A stretch of DNA of 24,000 nt from Aliivibrio fischeri ES114 (GTDB lineage: Bacteria; Pseudomonadota; Gammaproteobacteria; Enterobacterales; Vibrionaceae), in NCBI RefSeq assembly GCF_000011805.1, contig NC_006841.2. One strand, written 5' to 3'. The notes under the pieces were generated by a model. It was not told where the DNA came from, did not search any database, and saw nothing but the letters and a program-made list of their open reading frames with translations. Each line of letters opens with the position of its first letter. Positions within the stretch are counted from its first letter, which is position 1. Below are positions 21,243 to 24,000 of the stretch, piece by piece. Made by a program: the position numbers and the translations under genes.

Positions 21243-23156
21243 TTAGACTTTAAAAGCACCAACTAATTGATCCAATCGCTGTGAAAGTGCATTCAATTGC
21301 TGACTTGAATCAGCAAGCTCTTGTGCTGTGGCGGTGGTTAACTCATTAATACCATTAATCTCTTCGATATTTTGGTTAATCGTATAAACCACAGTAGATT
21401 GCTCTTCTGTTGCCGTTGCCACTTGCGTATTCATATCAGAAATATCTGTGATACTTTTTGCAATACCCGCTAACACTTGTGTTGCACTGTCTGCGGATTC
21501 AACACCACGAGCCGTTACACTGTGACTTGCTTCCATCGCATCCACCGCATTTTTCGCTTCGTTTTGCAGTTGATCAATCATCTTCTGGATTTCATCCGTT
21601 GATTCTGATGTACGGCTTGCTAATTGACGAACTTCATCTGCAACCACAGCAAAACCACGACCATGATCACCAGCACGAGCGGCTTCAATGGCTGCATTTA
21701 ACGCAAGTAAATTGGTTTGCTCTGAAATACCACGAATAACGTCAAGGATAGAGCCAATGTCTTGTGTTGTACCCGCTAATTGCTCCACCACATGGCTCAC
21801 TTGAACTAAATCACCTTCAAGTTGGGTAATTGCGTCACGAGAGTCAATCACAGTTTGACGACCATCTTGAGTACTTGCTTCAGCTTTACTTGCTGATTGT
21901 GCTGCATTCGCCGCATTGGATGCAATTTCGTTAATCGTACTACCCATTTGGTTAATAGCCGTTACGACTTGAAGCGTTTGGTCACGCTGCATTTCACTGT
22001 TATCACGTGTTGATGTTGCTTTTAACGCTACATTTTCAGCCGTAGTGTGTAATACATGGCCAGTTTCAACCACTTCAGAAACCGTATTGTGAATTTTCTC
22101 GACAAAACTATTAAAGCCTTTTGAAAGTTCCGTAATTTCATCATTACCTTTCACTTCGATACGATGCGTTAAGTCACCTTCCCCCTCACCTAGCTCTTTA
22201 AAGCGATGTGCAAGTTCGTTCAGTTTATTAGTGATTGAGCCTGCGCCCCAAATAGCTAAAGAGACAAATACCGCAATAATAACCACAATCCACATAATGA
22301 TGTCTTGGGTAGAGGCATGCAAACTTTCAAACACTTCAGAAACCGGTACTTCAGCAACAATAAACCACTCCATTGAAGGAATGTAATGCGAAGCGATAAA
22401 GATCTCTTGGCCACCTTTTTCCATGCGGCTTAGATTGAAGTTTTTCTTTGTCAGTAATACCGATGCTTCAGCAGAACCAACCACATCTTTAATGGTTTGC
22501 TTGCCCATAATCGCTTTGTTTTTATGGATTTTGATATTACCGTCACCATCCATTAAATAAACAAAACCCGTTTGTTCAATTCTAAATCCATTTAACAAAG
22601 CAACCATATCATCTAATGATTTAGATAAACCGGCCATTGAAACGCCATTTAGCTGTTGGAAATTAACAAACAGTTTTACTTCACCGTTTTGCTCAGTAAA
22701 TACATTCAACATACGCTCAGGGCCACTTTGTGTGAACCCAAAAAACCAACCGTCTTGTTGTTTGTTTAGTTGACGTAAAAAGCCATCCTGATTCCAATAA
22801 TTTGCTGTTTGACGGTTAGCAACGGATGCATCATTCAGATTATGTTGTTGTTTTAGTTTATTTAATTGACCAATAAGAACATTTTGGTCTTCAGGAGAGG
22901 TGTAAGAATCAGAAATAGCATCGATAATGAAAGGGTTATTAGACATTTGCTCAGCAGCAGCAGAAAGTACTGCCACCTCTTTATCTACTTCTCCACCAAT
23001 TCGGTCAAGAATAGTAGGAAGCTCAAGCGTGGTTAGCCTTTCATCTAAAGTTTCATACGCTTTTTTTTGGGCGACAATACCCACAAGAGAAGTTGAAGCA
23101 ATGATAGCGATAACGATACCGGCGACGAGTTTCTGTTTTATTGTTAGATTAATCAT
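21243..23156 (-). CDS. Methyl-accepting chemotaxis protein (periplasmic Cache-like sensor, HAMP, MA domain)
   Basis: 637 aa. Two TMs flank a ~270-aa sensor domain. A HAMP region follows, then the highly conserved signalling hairpin [35 protein letters not shown]. Confidence 0.95.
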   Translation of the reverse strand: MINLTIKQKLVAGIVIAIIASTSLVGIVAQKKAYETLDERLTTLELPTILDRIGGEVDKEVAVLSAAAEQMSNNPFIIDAISDSYTSPEDQNVLIGQLNKLKQQHNLNDASVANRQTANYWNQDGFLRQLNKQQDGWFFGFTQSGPERMLNVFTEQNGEVKLFVNFQQLNGVSMAGLSKSLDDMVALLNGFRIEQTGFVYLMDGDGNIKIHKNKAIMGKQTIKDVVGSAEASVLLTKKNFNLSRMEKGGQEIFIASHYIPSMEWFIVAEVPVSEVFESLHASTQDIIMWIVVIIAVFVSLAIWGAGSITNKLNELAHRFKELGEGEGDLTHRIEVKGNDEITELSKGFNSFVEKIHNTVSEVVETGHVLHTTAENVALKATSTRDNSEMQRDQTLQVVTAINQMGSTINEIASNAANAAQSASKAEASTQDGRQTVIDSRDAITQLEGDLVQVSHVVEQLAGTTQDIGSILDVIRGISEQTNLLALNAAIEAARAGDHGRGFAVVADEVRQLASRTSESTDEIQKMIDQLQNEAKNAVDAMEASHSVTARGVESADSATQVLAGIAKSITDISDMNTQVATATEEQSTVVYTINQNIEEINGINELTTATAQELADSSQQLNALSQRLDQLVGAFKV

Positions 23157-23348
23157 AATTTTTCCACAGCTAAAATAGACCCTTCATATAACGACCGCAC
23201 ATTTCATAACTTTAATAAATAATTAGAAAAACATTCATTAATTAAATAGTTGAATAATTTCGAACTAAACCCAATCTTATTAGGAACTAATGTGGCTTTA
23301 TTGAGTCACAGACAATAATTACTAAACAATCCAGACATTGGGTGAACT

Positions 23349-24000
23349 ATGCTAGCGTTAAAAATTCAACAATTACAAACTTACCTTGAATCTCAAGTCA
23401 TTGGTCAACCAGATTTAGTAAAGCAGTTATTAATTGCCCTACTTGCAGATGGTCATATTTTAGTTGAAGGTCCTCCGGGTCTTGCAAAAACGCGTGCAGT
23501 TAAAATTTTGGCAGACTCTATTGAGGGAGATTTCCACCGTATTCAATTCACTCCTGACTTATTGCCATCAGACTTAACCGGTACCGATATTTACCGTCAA
23601 GAGACCGGTGAATTTACGTTCCAACCGGGCCCTATTTTCAACTCATTAGTATTGGCTGATGAAATCAACCGTGCGCCAGCCAAAGTCCAAGCGGCGATGT
23701 TAGAAGCCATGGCTGAAAAACAAATCACAGCGGGTCGAAATACCTATCAACTGCCTGAGCTATTCTTAGTAATGGCAACGCAAAACCCGATTGAACAAGA
23801 AGGGACTTACCCACTACCAGAAGCGCAGCTTGACCGTTTCTTAATGCATTTGGATGTGGATTACCCTGGCGCACAAGACGAACTAGCCATTCTGCGTTTA
23901 AATCGTGGTGAAGCCTTGGGTGAGCAAGCACAAAGACCACAACCATTAGCACAAAGTGAGATTTTCAGTGCTCGTAAAGAAGTGTTATCCATTTACATGG
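23349..24000 (+). CDS. MoxR-like AAA+ ATPase (3' end outside window; absent from the ORF track)
   Basis: Hand translation gives [48 protein letters not shown] (Walker A) ... [22 protein letters not shown] (Walker B) ... [25 protein letters not shown]. The frame is open to the window end. Confidence 0.9.
   Translation, partial: MLALKIQQLQTYLESQVIGQPDLVKQLLIALLADGHILVEGPPGLAKTRAVKILADSIEGDFHRIQFTPDLLPSDLTGTDIYRQETGEFTFQPGPIFNSLVLADEINRAPAKVQAAMLEAMAEKQITAGRNTYQLPELFLVMATQNPIEQEGTYPLPEAQLDRFLMHLDVDYPGAQDELAILRLNRGEALGEQAQRPQPLAQSEIFSARKEVLSIYM

Noticed and set aside
2248-23952. Antisense shadow ORFs inside long genes (2248-2502+, 9171-9371-, 9985-10191+, 10064-10276-, 10192-10386+, 10697-10903+, 15952-16176-, 17382-17654+, 17936-18154+, 18896-19222+, 20243-20542-, 20610-20831-, 21458-21739+, 22927-23178+, 23725-23952-)
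   Set aside because: Each is fully or largely embedded in, or opposite to, a CDS with clear family signatures. Their compositions are low-complexity or odd, and none has an RBS.

Overview
This is an AT-rich chromosomal segment of gammaproteobacterial type; the marine Vibrionaceae/Alteromonadales flavour is my inference only.

**Integron (1-9810).** The left part is a sedentary chromosomal integron. It has an integron integrase gene (intI, 8827-9810, +) and an attI/promoter region (8505-8826). At least 14 gene cassettes run leftwards on the minus strand and off the window edge. They are delimited by 13 VCR-like attC repeats, eleven of 121-123 bp and two of a distinct 103-bp type.

**Cassette contents.**
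- Recognisable products: two GNAT acetyltransferases, a VOC/glyoxalase-fold protein, a lipoprotein, an ASCH protein and a chloramphenicol-phosphotransferase-like P-loop kinase.
- Two unknown proteins.
- Two diverged copies of a reverse-oriented 100-aa membrane protein.
- A reverse-oriented ORF with a HEPN-like motif.
- Three cassettes with no credible ORF. Two are paralogous ~460-bp cassettes with conserved, covarying hairpins. The third holds two tandem ~160-nt modules, each closed by a strong intrinsic terminator on the cassette-sense strand.

**Right of intI.**
- Backbone-type genes: HDOD, hotdog thioesterase, a DUF445-like protein and a small acidic protein.
- An AT-rich block of small genes: a wHTH regulator, a membrane-anchored J-domain protein and several mini-ORFs.
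- A minus-strand operon: HTH, small beta-barrel OMP, mini-lipoprotein, SbmA/BacA-like inner-membrane transporter, TonB-dependent receptor.
- An orphan CI/LexA-like S24 repressor, an MCP and the start of a MoxR AAA+ ATPase.

No rRNA, tRNA or CRISPR array was seen.

**Best candidates for something undescribed.** These are the non-coding cassettes (tandem terminator-capped RNA modules and the duplicated ORF-less structured cassettes), the promoter-bearing reverse-oriented cassettes, and the single-gene unknown cassettes as possible compact defence or toxin functions. All coordinates, alignments and counts were made by eye from the sequence.
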